Positions 1-8,861 of a DNA stretch of 64,000 nucleotides are shown here, piece by piece. Source of the DNA: an uncultured Alphaproteobacteria bacterium. GTDB lineage: Bacteria; Pseudomonadota; Alphaproteobacteria; M2410. Location of the stretch: contig CBFDBJ010000002.1 of assembly GCA_965603015.1 (NCBI GenBank), positions 29,802-93,801 of the forward strand, in the 5' to 3' direction. A model generated the notes under the pieces. The model was not told the origin of the DNA and ran no database searches. It saw only the letters and a program-made list of their open reading frames with translations. Numbering within the stretch: the first letter of the stretch is position 1; every line of letters begins with the position of its first letter. Made by a program: the position numbers and the translations under genes.

Positions 1-282
1 GGGACAGCCGGGGTCAGCTGTGTCCCAATATAGCGCCTTGGGTCCCAATGTTCTTGCCAACTCACTTGAGAGATCTCCGTGAGGATCGATCAGAACCAAA
101 CCATGTCCAAGTTGTGCATCTTGAAGAGCCATATTGAATAACAAAGTGGACTTGCCGGTTCCGGTTTGACCAACAATGTACATATGCATGAAACGATCAT
201 CGCCTCTGATGCCAAAGGAAAAGTTCCCATAGCGATAGTGGGCAATGCCAAGTGTTGTTGTCTGCTGATCCCGTATTTGCAT
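1..282 (-). CDS. N-terminal part (runs off the window) of a TraD/VirD4-like type IV coupling ATPase
   Basis: Not in the ORF track. Manual translation from ATG at 282 gives MQIRDQQTTTLGIAHYRYGNFSFGIRGDDRFMHMYIVGQTGTGKSTLLFNMALQDAQLGHGLVLIDPHGDL, with Walker A GQTGTGKS and the IDPHGD motif. Confidence 0.85.
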   Translation of the reverse strand, partial: MQIRDQQTTTLGIAHYRYGNFSFGIRGDDRFMHMYIVGQTGTGKSTLLFNMALQDAQLGHGLVLIDPHGDLSSELARTLGPKALYWDTADPGCP

Positions 283-323
283 TACCCTATTGTGCCTCGC
301 TGAACTCACAAAAAGAAAGACAG

Positions 324-350
324 GGTCATTCTCGAAATTCGAGAATGACC
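324..350. repeat. Perfect inverted repeat (13-bp arms, 1-nt centre)
   Basis: GGTCATTCTCGAA-A-TTCGAGAATGACC, between divergent genes. Confidence 0.8.
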
Positions 351-363
351 GGTGGTTTTGAAG

Positions 364-416
364 TTTCGAAGGAGACGCCAGAATAAGAATGGAAGCAGTC
401 ACGTCTCCTTTCGAAA
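364..416. repeat. Inverted repeat with ~14-bp arms
   Basis: TTTCGAAGGAGACG (364-377) pairs with CGTCTCCTTTCGAAA (402-416), allowing one bulged base. Confidence 0.7.
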
Positions 417-465
417 GGTGCGTCTGAAATTGGTTCGGGCGACTACCTCACGGAAGGAGAAGATC

Positions 466-993
466 GTGACCAAAGAAATTGAACTATGTGAACTGGTGGG
501 AGCTTATGTTATCTGCAATATATGTGGATCTCAGGACATCGCGCGAGACGCTGCAGCTCAGTGGGACATCACTTCCGGCAATTGGAGCCTGGAGACTGTC
601 TTTGACGCTTACAGCTGCAAGGAATGTGGAAATAAATGTTTGCCAATTTGGCGGCTGGATCAGGAGTATCGTCGGAAAGAAGTGGCTCGACTGAATGATG
701 CAGTGCGTCACGGTGAGTACGGCAACACAACGATTATTGCAACTACTGGGGTTCAGGCTATGGGAGAAGCATCTGTGTCTAAGATTATCGGAAAGGTTTC
801 CAAATTTGACGACTTTTCGGAAGACAACGATCCCCATGGTGAACGCGACTTTGGATCTATAGAGATCAATTCTGAAAAACTATTCTGGAAGATTGATCTC
901 TTTGATCTGGAGTTGAAGCAATATTCACTGGATCCGGCCAGTGAGAGTCTCACACACCGGGTACTGACGATTATGCTGGCAAGTGAGTACTGA
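466..993 (+). CDS. DUF3768 domain protein with an N-terminal Zn-ribbon
   Basis: C-terminus FDDFSEDNDPHGERDFG...FWKIDLFD...HRVLTIMLASEY matches DUF3768. N-terminal CNICG and CKECG pairs. GTG at 466 follows AGGAG. Confidence 0.8.
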   Translation: MTKEIELCELVGAYVICNICGSQDIARDAAAQWDITSGNWSLETVFDAYSCKECGNKCLPIWRLDQEYRRKEVARLNDAVRHGEYGNTTIIATTGVQAMGEASVSKIIGKVSKFDDFSEDNDPHGERDFGSIEINSEKLFWKIDLFDLELKQYSLDPASESLTHRVLTIMLASEY

Positions 994-1008
994 CAAGCCT
1001 ACAAATCT

Positions 1009-1039
1009 GGGGCCATTCTTGCTTAACAAGAATGGCCCC
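1009..1039. terminator. Strong hairpin after the DUF3768 gene
   Basis: GGGGCCATTCTTG-CTTAA-CAAGAATGGCCCC; there is no clear U-tract. Confidence 0.55.
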
Positions 1040-1117
1040 CTCTAGCAAAGAATACCGATTTCGACGATTATAAATCTAGTCTTGGATTAGAGGATGGGTT
1101 TGGTCGAGACCGTTCCG

Positions 1118-1245
1118 ATAGTGATCAGGACTTCAGAGTCGGGAGATGCGAAAAGGCTTTAGCCTTTTCGTCTCACTTCGCAATCATCCCGGCTCTGAAG
1201 TCCATACTATTGAGGATCGACTTCTGTGTACAAGACTGTGGATAA
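1118..1245. other. Nested inverted-repeat structure followed by a DnaA box (possible origin or structured RNA)
   Basis: GGACTTCAGAGTCGGGA (1128-1144) pairs with TCCCGGCTCTGAAGTCC (1187-1203), enclosing CGAAAAGGCT-TT-AGCCTTTTCG. TGTGGATAA at 1237-1245 is the reverse complement of TTATCCACA. Confidence 0.6.
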
Positions 1246-1303
1246 CGGGTGGATTCCGCCATTGCGCCTGCCAGTCCTCATTATTTAATAATCCAAACAG
1301 CGT

Positions 1304-1648
1304 ATGTTTGAAGAGTTCCTTTTTGATCTCAAAATCGCGCGGAAGAAATCAGGTTTGACGCAAGCGGATTGCGGACACTTGATGGGTGTTTCCAGCAACA
1401 TCATTAGTCAGATAGAGCTTGGAGAGCGCACTCCGACAGCACGCGAGATGTGCGCCCTCTCGGTAATTTACGGAGCCAGTTTCGAGAGCTTCTATTCCGA
1501 GAACATGCAAGTCGTCCGCAGTGTCTTGTCTGAAAATATCGAATCAATACCTGAAGCACCAGAAGGATGGTTGGCAACTGAATCTCGCACCCGTTCCCTG
1601 GAGTATCTGTCAGGTTATCTGGAAGCGGACCTACCTGAAATTATATGA
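1304..1648 (+). CDS. XRE-family helix-turn-helix regulator
   Basis: LKIARKKSGLTQADCGHLMGVSSNIISQIELGERTP. Confidence 0.85.
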   Translation: MFEEFLFDLKIARKKSGLTQADCGHLMGVSSNIISQIELGERTPTAREMCALSVIYGASFESFYSENMQVVRSVLSENIESIPEAPEGWLATESRTRSLEYLSGYLEADLPEII

Positions 1649-2148
1649 ACACAGAGAGACTACGAATCCTGGCGATTGCCGCCAGAGAAGGTCGAATCGC
1701 TTGTGTTGTCATAGACAATCGCGATCTAATTCTTTGGGAAGGGTCTGAGCGTTACTCAAAAACGCCCGATGAAGCCGCGCTAAAACTACAAAGCTGGATT
1801 GATGAGTTTGAACCTGACGTGGTCGTAAGTGAACAGCCGCATACGGCAGGAAGGAAAGGTCGCAAACTCGTTCAAACCCTCTCGGCATTTGCGAAGGTGG
1901 CCGAAGATGGACCAGTCATAGGGTTGCAGATTGAGCGAAAGCGCCCATTTCGAAACGTCTTTGAAGAGGCAAAAGCGTTAGCCGATGAGTTTCCGGACCT
2001 GAAAAGTATGGTACCGGAGAAACGGGCAATCTGGATCGGCGGTGAACCCTATAGCCTTGTGTTCTTTGAAGCACTAGCTCTGGTTCGAGACGCCGGGCTT
2101 CTGAAGCGGTTCGATGAATACCCGCCCGATGCTGAAATTGGTTTCTAG
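1645..2148 (+). CDS. Hypothetical protein, possible degenerate RuvC/RNase H fold
   Basis: ATGA overlap with the HTH gene. LRILAIAARE..IACVVID and IDEFEPDVVVSEQ resemble RuvC strands 1-4, but the first catalytic Asp is absent. Confidence 0.55.
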   Translation: MNTERLRILAIAAREGRIACVVIDNRDLILWEGSERYSKTPDEAALKLQSWIDEFEPDVVVSEQPHTAGRKGRKLVQTLSAFAKVAEDGPVIGLQIERKRPFRNVFEEAKALADEFPDLKSMVPEKRAIWIGGEPYSLVFFEALALVRDAGLLKRFDEYPPDAEIGF

Positions 2149-2179
2149 TTTCCAACAGAACTAGCGAGCAAGACAGCTG

Positions 2180-2213
2180 AAAAAGCCGTGGCGATGGCAA
2201 CCACGGTTTTTTT
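2180..2213. terminator. Bidirectional rho-independent terminator
   Basis: AAAAAGCCGTGG...CCACGGTTTTTTT between convergent genes. Confidence 0.8.
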
Positions 2214-3181
2214 CATACCTGGTCAATATGAAAATCTATAAGGCCCGCCCGTGTCCATCCCGCTTCCAGTAGGTTTGTGTTTGGTTTTGGGGGCTTGAAG
2301 ACTTCTCCAAAGTCTTCCCAGGATTGAAATAGGAGCTGGTCAACAAGACTCTCCGCATATTGGGGGATGAGGTTTCGAATCTGTTCCGCTCGCTTCTGAT
2401 CAGTAACAACATTGAGGACCATCAATGATGTCTTGAGATTGAGATGATCGCGATAGAGCTTTTCGCCGATATATTTCTCATACTGAAGAAGGTTTCGCTG
2501 CCAGCTCTTGCGGTTAAAGTTTCTAGAAGTGGCTGGTTCTGTGGACCGATCTGCTTCCACTAGAAAGCAACGAAATCTGCTGCCTTTGGGAGTACTATAT
2601 TCGAGGCCAAACAAGGCGTCGGGTATGAGGTCTTTGGTGATCTCCTTTTTGGCAGAAGGTTCAGATATTCCGACTGCGTAACGCAACTGAGTACCAGCTC
2701 TTTTGAGCAACTGAGATTGCGGGATATAGTTGATGTCATCGCGATTCAATGTGGCCAGTTCAATCGATGCTGTGATGCAACTCACCATAAATTTATGAAG
2801 CCAGGGGCCAGAGCTTGTCTTGTTGACGTCAGACCAATGACCTGCCGCTTTGAGAGCTTTTTCGGACGCCAGTGTAAGATCATACACAAGCTGATTGTAG
2901 CGACTATCTATGGTCCTGAACTGCTGCACTGGTCTGGAAAGATACGCCCCGTCGTCCGGCGTATTGTCTTCGTTAAAGAGATCGGTGAGGCGCTCTTTGG
3001 CGCGTTTTTCACTTTTGTGCGTATCAGAAGCATATTGATGCAGGAATGAACTCGGAAGTGGACCATGTTCATGAAGTTTCTGGAACCACAGGCTATCCCG
3101 ATCTTGCGGTGTTACGCGCTTCCCGGTCGAGCTGGGCGAAGTGCGCTTTCTCCGGCCTGTTGTGTCGTGGCGCTCAGTCAT
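2213..3181 (-). CDS. Replication-relaxation family protein (Replic_Relax)
   Basis: N-terminal wHTH-like segment plus IPDALFGLEY...FLVEADRSTE, a PD-(D/E)xK-like motif. ATG at 3181 lies just after the upstream ATPase stop. Confidence 0.8.
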   Translation of the reverse strand: MTERHDTTGRRKRTSPSSTGKRVTPQDRDSLWFQKLHEHGPLPSSFLHQYASDTHKSEKRAKERLTDLFNEDNTPDDGAYLSRPVQQFRTIDSRYNQLVYDLTLASEKALKAAGHWSDVNKTSSGPWLHKFMVSCITASIELATLNRDDINYIPQSQLLKRAGTQLRYAVGISEPSAKKEITKDLIPDALFGLEYSTPKGSRFRCFLVEADRSTEPATSRNFNRKSWQRNLLQYEKYIGEKLYRDHLNLKTSLMVLNVVTDQKRAEQIRNLIPQYAESLVDQLLFQSWEDFGEVFKPPKPNTNLLEAGWTRAGLIDFHIDQV

Positions 3182-3182
3182 T

Positions 3183-5315
3183 TCAAAGTTCGAATCCGGC
3201 TTCTGTTTCAGACTTCTTATCCCCTGCACCCTGTTGTTGGCTTGACTCTCCCTTGTCGTCGCCACCTGAAGGCTCTTGCTGGTCCTGATCGGGCTGAGAC
3301 TGCTGCTGCGTTGCTCCGTCCAACTCTGAGTGATGCACCGCATAGAGCTGACGCATTCTCGACTTTAGTTCCGCGTTATCAGACGTGTTCATCTGTGGCT
3401 TTTTTTCCAGATATCCAAACGGAAACGTGAGCGGAACCGCAGACTTGGTGACCCCGCGAATGTGGGCTGCAAAACATCCTTTAGGCTGCGCCTCAATGAA
3501 TCCCGGATCACAATAGAGCATGGGAGCTAATGTTCGTGCGTCTTTGGCAGAAACACCACCAGCAAACTTGATTGAGGTGTTTGCTCCAAAGGCTTCCTGC
3601 AAGCGCGGTTCCAGCTGTCCCAGGTATTGATGCGCGAGGACCATTCCAACATTGTACTTGCGAGCCTGAGCCAGAATGATCCCAATATTGCGATCAAAAT
3701 AGTCCGCCGCCTCGTCGATATAGACCATTGTTGGAATGCGATCACGCTTTGGCAGGGTCGCCCTTTCTTGAGCGGCCTGCGCGATCATAGCAATGAAGAA
3801 TCGCCCAAAGATCTCGGTGCCCTGCTCTTTGAGCAGATCCTTGGCCGTATTGATCAAAATGACCTTGCCCGCGTTCATTTCGCCAAAGAGATCAAGTTTG
3901 GAGCGGGGATGTGAGAACATGCGTTCGAAGGTTTGGTTTTCTAGAATACCCCACAAACGCCTGAGCACCTGCTTCTTGGTTTGTTCAAATTCCTTTGAGG
4001 AAAACTCCGTTTCAAAAAAATGCCTGGCACTGCCGGTGAGTTTTTCGATGTGAAGGGCAAACTTTTCCTGACTGCCGGGTTCCATGAGTTCCCTCAAGGT
4101 GTGAATTGTCGCGTCTGGAATATGCAGCATGAGGCGCGTCACATAACGAAAGATCACATTCTGTTTTTGCGTCATTTCCGCAGAGAGTAAAGACCCCAGC
4201 ACAAAGTCATAGAGTTCAAGGATTGAGTTAGTCAGCCGTTCGCGTTCCAGGGGCTCGTAGCCACTAAGTCTATCAACCCCTACATCGAAGAGGTTGAGCG
4301 AAACCGGCCATTCAACATCTGTAGGATCGATGATGACCACTCTGTCATGAAGTTCACCACCAGGCGCAAACTCAGCCAGGCTGGCTATATTCCTGATGAG
4401 ATCCCCCTGGCTATCGAGGACTATAATTGTCCGGTTGCCAGAAGCAACTGCCTCAAGATCACGACCAATCAGATACTGAAGGGTCTGCGTCTTGCCATGA
4501 CCAGATCCCGCAACAATGTGATGATGCTCAAACCGAGACAAGGTCGGGATTGAAAACTCGATGTCCTGTTGGAAATAATCCAGAAGAGGTGTTGCACCGA
4601 GGTATGTAACGACAAGCTCAATTGGAGATTTGATATCTGACTTGGTTGGTGTCTTGAGAGCGCGGGAAAACCCCCTCGGATCACCCGGATTTCCTCCGGA
4701 AGCAACAATCAGATTGCTTTCTAGTTTCTTTGAGAGCCGCGAGAAAAGACCTGACTCAATGATTTCCTCATCCAGGACTTTTGCCATGATATGTTCGACC
4801 ACAACTCCAAGATCGGAAACATTCTGGACCAGCTTGGAATCTACAGAGATGTCATCCTCATTGCTGGAACCGCCATCAAGAGCTGGGCAAGAGTCGAGAA
4901 TTGGCAGCAGGATCTCAGCAAGAAGCGCGACTAAAGTATCCTTTGTCACATGAAATTCTCCCACCAACTGACGTTGATAGCTCAGATCGTTTCGGAGATC
5001 CCACCAATCCGCAACGGATCGCCTTTCCATCCAGTCGATATCTGGCAATAGAAACATGTTCTCGTAGTCGAGAACTCGGGAAACAAGACGGGCTATTGGT
5101 CCAACTTGTGGATGCTCCGTTGCCAAATCGAGAGACAGCAAGATGCCGTCAGTAATTTGAGCAACCAACTCATCCCGTGTGCCATCCTCAAGAAGATCGC
5201 ATTCATGGAATAGGTGCCGAACCTCTTGAAACAGTTGGCGTGTTTCCACTTCGTCTTCGGAGCGGAAAAGCCCATGAACAAAGGCATGCCAGCGAGGCCC
5301 GAGATGAAGCGGCAT
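3183..5315 (-). CDS. TraD/VirD4-like type IV coupling ATPase
   Basis: Walker A AGSGHGKT, LDSQGD, Walker B YIDEAADY, and QARKY...LAHQYLGQL. Confidence 0.85.
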   Translation of the reverse strand: MPLHLGPRWHAFVHGLFRSEDEVETRQLFQEVRHLFHECDLLEDGTRDELVAQITDGILLSLDLATEHPQVGPIARLVSRVLDYENMFLLPDIDWMERRSVADWWDLRNDLSYQRQLVGEFHVTKDTLVALLAEILLPILDSCPALDGGSSNEDDISVDSKLVQNVSDLGVVVEHIMAKVLDEEIIESGLFSRLSKKLESNLIVASGGNPGDPRGFSRALKTPTKSDIKSPIELVVTYLGATPLLDYFQQDIEFSIPTLSRFEHHHIVAGSGHGKTQTLQYLIGRDLEAVASGNRTIIVLDSQGDLIRNIASLAEFAPGGELHDRVVIIDPTDVEWPVSLNLFDVGVDRLSGYEPLERERLTNSILELYDFVLGSLLSAEMTQKQNVIFRYVTRLMLHIPDATIHTLRELMEPGSQEKFALHIEKLTGSARHFFETEFSSKEFEQTKKQVLRRLWGILENQTFERMFSHPRSKLDLFGEMNAGKVILINTAKDLLKEQGTEIFGRFFIAMIAQAAQERATLPKRDRIPTMVYIDEAADYFDRNIGIILAQARKYNVGMVLAHQYLGQLEPRLQEAFGANTSIKFAGGVSAKDARTLAPMLYCDPGFIEAQPKGCFAAHIRGVTKSAVPLTFPFGYLEKKPQMNTSDNAELKSRMRQLYAVHHSELDGATQQQSQPDQDQQEPSGGDDKGESSQQQGAGDKKSETEAGFEL

Positions 5316-5831
5316 CTAGATCCCTCTCAAAATGACCGCCCGAGCTTCATCTTTGGGAAGTGGCTCAATCTTGTGTGTCTCTGTACCATCCCAGTGTTTA
5401 GCTGTTTCAATGACCTGTCTTAGATATGCGACGACCGTTTCCAGCCAGGCTTCTTTGCGAGCCAATTCGACGACACTGTTGCAGGAGAAATAACGACCAT
5501 GAATGAGGTCTTTCACGAAGATGGTGTCGCGTTTTTCATTAAACCACCAGTACCCCGCGCCAATCCCGGCAATCAGTCCGAGAAAAATAGCACTTCCGGA
5601 CCCCATGAAGGTGGATAGAAATCCAAATGCAAAGAAGAAACCCAGAATACCAATAATCGCCGTTTGCCGGATCAAGGTGGGTTGGAGGCTTTCGACAAGA
5701 ACAGCATCATGAAACCGATAGCGGTCGATAAGTGCCTTCTCCTCTTCGTCGAGTTCAATTTTGCCCCAGAGTTTGAACTGTACTTTTACGAACCGGCTTT
5801 GTGACTGCTCTCGTTTGAATAAAAGATCCAT
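5316..5831 (-). CDS. Hypothetical membrane protein (2 TM helices), first gene of the coupling ATPase/relaxase operon
   Basis: Hydrophobic hairpin AIIGILGFFFAFGFL...IFLGLIAGIGAGYWWF. Its stop abuts the ATPase ATG. Confidence 0.75.
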   Translation of the reverse strand: MDLLFKREQSQSRFVKVQFKLWGKIELDEEEKALIDRYRFHDAVLVESLQPTLIRQTAIIGILGFFFAFGFLSTFMGSGSAIFLGLIAGIGAGYWWFNEKRDTIFVKDLIHGRYFSCNSVVELARKEAWLETVVAYLRQVIETAKHWDGTETHKIEPLPKDEARAVILRGI

Positions 5832-6041
5832 CTTCTCATGTCCTCCCTGTGATCAATCGCATGATCAGACACCACACAACCCCCAGATGTCAAACAGTCG
5901 CTTGAATGCAGAGCTAAGATCTGCATGAAGTCATCCTGGATTGCTGGTCAAAGACATTCGGCTATGAGACGGCATGGAGTCTTATGGATAGGGATTGGAG
6001 ACTTCCGAGTATGGGGATACAGCAGGAATGGTCTGTATCCC

Positions 6042-8861
6042 TCAATCAACCCCGTCGATGAAGACTTCAACAAACTCTTTGATCTTACCAATGACACGCT
6101 CTGCAACAGTACTGCGCTCACGCAGTTTGGGGCGGCTCTCCATGATTCCAATCACGTCATCCCGCATGGGCGGTTTTTCGGTAAAGAGATAGTCACCGAT
6201 AACCTTTTCAAGGCCCCCTGCGTCCAGGCCTTCATCCACTGACAATTTCTTGACGGCTTGCCGCTTTTGTTCAGTCCAATAAGTCTCGAATTCATCACCA
6301 ACGTCAGCACTTGCAGGAATGTTAGGGAAATGATCCGCAATGAATCGGGCTATGAGGTCTTTCTTGCTGCGTAGCTGGGTTTCCGTGTCGAGGATATCCA
6401 TAATCGCCTTGTGCTGCCTGGCCTGATCCTCTGGTTTGGAATCCCGAATATTCCGAAGTAAAGAGATAATGTAGCTAACATTGATCTTGTCGCGACTGAT
6501 CAGCTCGACCTCGAAGTCTATGTCATCCAGGATCGATACTTTTTCCTTTTCATGCTCGCTTCTGACTTTGTCGTAGAGATCGAGATATTTGCTCCTGAAA
6601 TCGGCGAAAAGCTGTTCATCTATCGGCAAATCGTCAAAGCTGAACTGGGTAAAGCAGTCGAGGACATTTTTGACACGTATGACCTCTCGGAATGCCTGGA
6701 TAAACCTCGCCTCATCCTCTTCGGTCAGTAGTTCATCAACGCTTTCGACTGTCGGCGTTATCGCAAGAAGGTTGTCAACGGCTTCCTGGAACCGTTCAAC
6801 ATAGTCTTCGTATGGTGACAGGATGATGTCTTCAATTGCGTCTTTGTTGGCGAAAAGTTCAATCGACTGATCGGTTGCCGGTTTCAGGTTACGAAAACAC
6901 ACGACATTACCCTGGGACTTCTTTTGCCCCATGGTTCTGTTCGTTCGTGAATAGGCCTGAAGAAGGCCGTGGTATTTGAGGTTCTTGTCAACATAGATCG
7001 TGTTCAGGGGCTTGCTGTCGAAACCTGTGAGGAACATGTTCACGACCAACAGAATGTCGATCTGTTTGGCTTTTACGCGCTTACCGACATCTTTGTAATA
7101 ACCATAGAAATTATCGGTCGAAAAATTCGTTCCAAACATTTCATTGTAGTCGCCAATATATTCATCCAGCTTGTCCCGGCTATGCTTGTTGACCGGTATA
7201 TCGCCCCCACCATCTGGGATAATGTCAGTATCGATAAAACCAGCGACATCTGCATCTTCCTCATTGGCTTGGTAAGAGAAGATAGTACCAACCTTCAGAT
7301 GGTGCTCGTCAGCGTCTTTCTTGGTTCGCAGAAGATCGTAGTAGGCACAAAGGGTCTTGACGCAGAAGATGGCGTTGAACTCGCGGCTGTGGGTTTTTCT
7401 GGCATGGTTGGCGATAATGTAGTCTGTGACCTTATCCAGCCGCTCAGGCGCTTCCATGACTTCGGCTGTATCTATCGCCTCAACTTCGATGTCCGCGACA
7501 CCATTCTTTTGTTTAACCGTGCGGATGTACTCGACAGAGAATTTCAAAACATTTTCATCGCGTATTGCGTCGGTGATGACATATTTGTGCAGACAGTCGC
7601 TGAAGAGATCTTTCGTTGTCCGCTTGCCAAGTGCGTTTTTTGAGGCGTTTTGAGCGAATATTGGCGTGCCGGTAAAGCCGAACATCTGCACACCATTGAA
7701 GAAATCTGTGATTCGCTTGTGGGTATCTCCGAACTGGCTTCGGTGACATTCGTCAAAAATGAACACCATGCGCTTATCACGAAGAGAACCCATTGATTCT
7801 AGGTAGCGCTCCCTACTAATCGCCGTATTCAGTTTCTGAAGCGTTGTGACGATGAGAGGCGTATCATCGGTGAACTGCTTGACCAGTGTCTTGGTATTGT
7901 TGGTGGCGTCAATGCTGCCAGGACTAAAGCTGTTGAACTCCTTGATCGTCTGAAAGTCGAGGTCCTTGCGATCGACGACAAACACCACCTTATGAACGTT
8001 CGGAGACTGAGTAAGAATCTGAGCCGCCTTGAAAGAAGTCAGGGTTTTGCCTGATCCTGTTGTGTGCCATATGTAGCCATTCTTCTGGCTATTGCTCACG
8101 CGCTCTACAATCGCCTCGACCGCGTAGTACTGATAGGGCCGCAGCGCCATCAGCATTTCATCACTCTCGTTCAGAACGATGTATTTGGTGATCATCTTGG
8201 AGAGCTGGCACTTCTCAAGAAAGACCTCAGCGAATTCGCTGAGTTGTGTGATCTTCTTGTTGTCTTCGTCAGCCCAGAAAAAAGTCTGTTTGAAATCACG
8301 TTTGTTGATCGGATTATTGGCGTAATACTTCGTGTTCACACCGTTCGAGATCACGAACATTTGAATATAGCCGAAAAGTCCATAGCCTGCTGAAAATGAA
8401 TGCCGATGATACCGGTTGGTCTGATTGAAGGCCTCCTTCATCTCAAGACCACGACGCTTCAACTCGACTTGCACGAGAGGCAGCCCGTTAACCAAGAGTG
8501 TCACATCATAGCGGTTTGTGTATTTCCCGACCATGGTGACCTGATGCGTCACCTGGTACTGGTTCTTACACCATTGGATCTGATTTATCAGTTCGATGTA
8601 GCCTGTGGTGCCGTCATCGCGAGTAAAATCAATTTTGTCCCGCAGGGTCTTTGCTTTTTGAAAAATGTTGCCTTTGGCCAGTTTGTTCAGAATTTGACGA
8701 AACTCATAGTCGGACAAGAGCACTTGATTGTGCTTTTCCAACTGTTTTTTGAGGTTGTTGACCAGCGCAGTTTCATCCTCGATCAGGACACGCTCAAAAC
8801 CCAGCGACTCGAGCTGAGAGATCAGTTTGTTTTCAAGTGTTTGTTCTGATTCCGTGGTCAT
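6042..8861 (-). CDS. hsdR: Type I restriction endonuclease subunit R
   Basis: RYDVTLLVNGLPLVQVELKR nuclease motif, HTTGSGKT, DECHR, FTGTP, LTGFD and QAYSRTNR. Confidence 0.95.
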   Translation of the reverse strand: MTTESEQTLENKLISQLESLGFERVLIEDETALVNNLKKQLEKHNQVLLSDYEFRQILNKLAKGNIFQKAKTLRDKIDFTRDDGTTGYIELINQIQWCKNQYQVTHQVTMVGKYTNRYDVTLLVNGLPLVQVELKRRGLEMKEAFNQTNRYHRHSFSAGYGLFGYIQMFVISNGVNTKYYANNPINKRDFKQTFFWADEDNKKITQLSEFAEVFLEKCQLSKMITKYIVLNESDEMLMALRPYQYYAVEAIVERVSNSQKNGYIWHTTGSGKTLTSFKAAQILTQSPNVHKVVFVVDRKDLDFQTIKEFNSFSPGSIDATNNTKTLVKQFTDDTPLIVTTLQKLNTAISRERYLESMGSLRDKRMVFIFDECHRSQFGDTHKRITDFFNGVQMFGFTGTPIFAQNASKNALGKRTTKDLFSDCLHKYVITDAIRDENVLKFSVEYIRTVKQKNGVADIEVEAIDTAEVMEAPERLDKVTDYIIANHARKTHSREFNAIFCVKTLCAYYDLLRTKKDADEHHLKVGTIFSYQANEEDADVAGFIDTDIIPDGGGDIPVNKHSRDKLDEYIGDYNEMFGTNFSTDNFYGYYKDVGKRVKAKQIDILLVVNMFLTGFDSKPLNTIYVDKNLKYHGLLQAYSRTNRTMGQKKSQGNVVCFRNLKPATDQSIELFANKDAIEDIILSPYEDYVERFQEAVDNLLAITPTVESVDELLTEEDEARFIQAFREVIRVKNVLDCFTQFSFDDLPIDEQLFADFRSKYLDLYDKVRSEHEKEKVSILDDIDFEVELISRDKINVSYIISLLRNIRDSKPEDQARQHKAIMDILDTETQLRSKKDLIARFIADHFPNIPASADVGDEFETYWTEQKRQAVKKLSVDEGLDAGGLEKVIGDYLFTEKPPMRDDVIGIMESRPKLRERSTVAERVIGKIKEFVEVFIDGVD

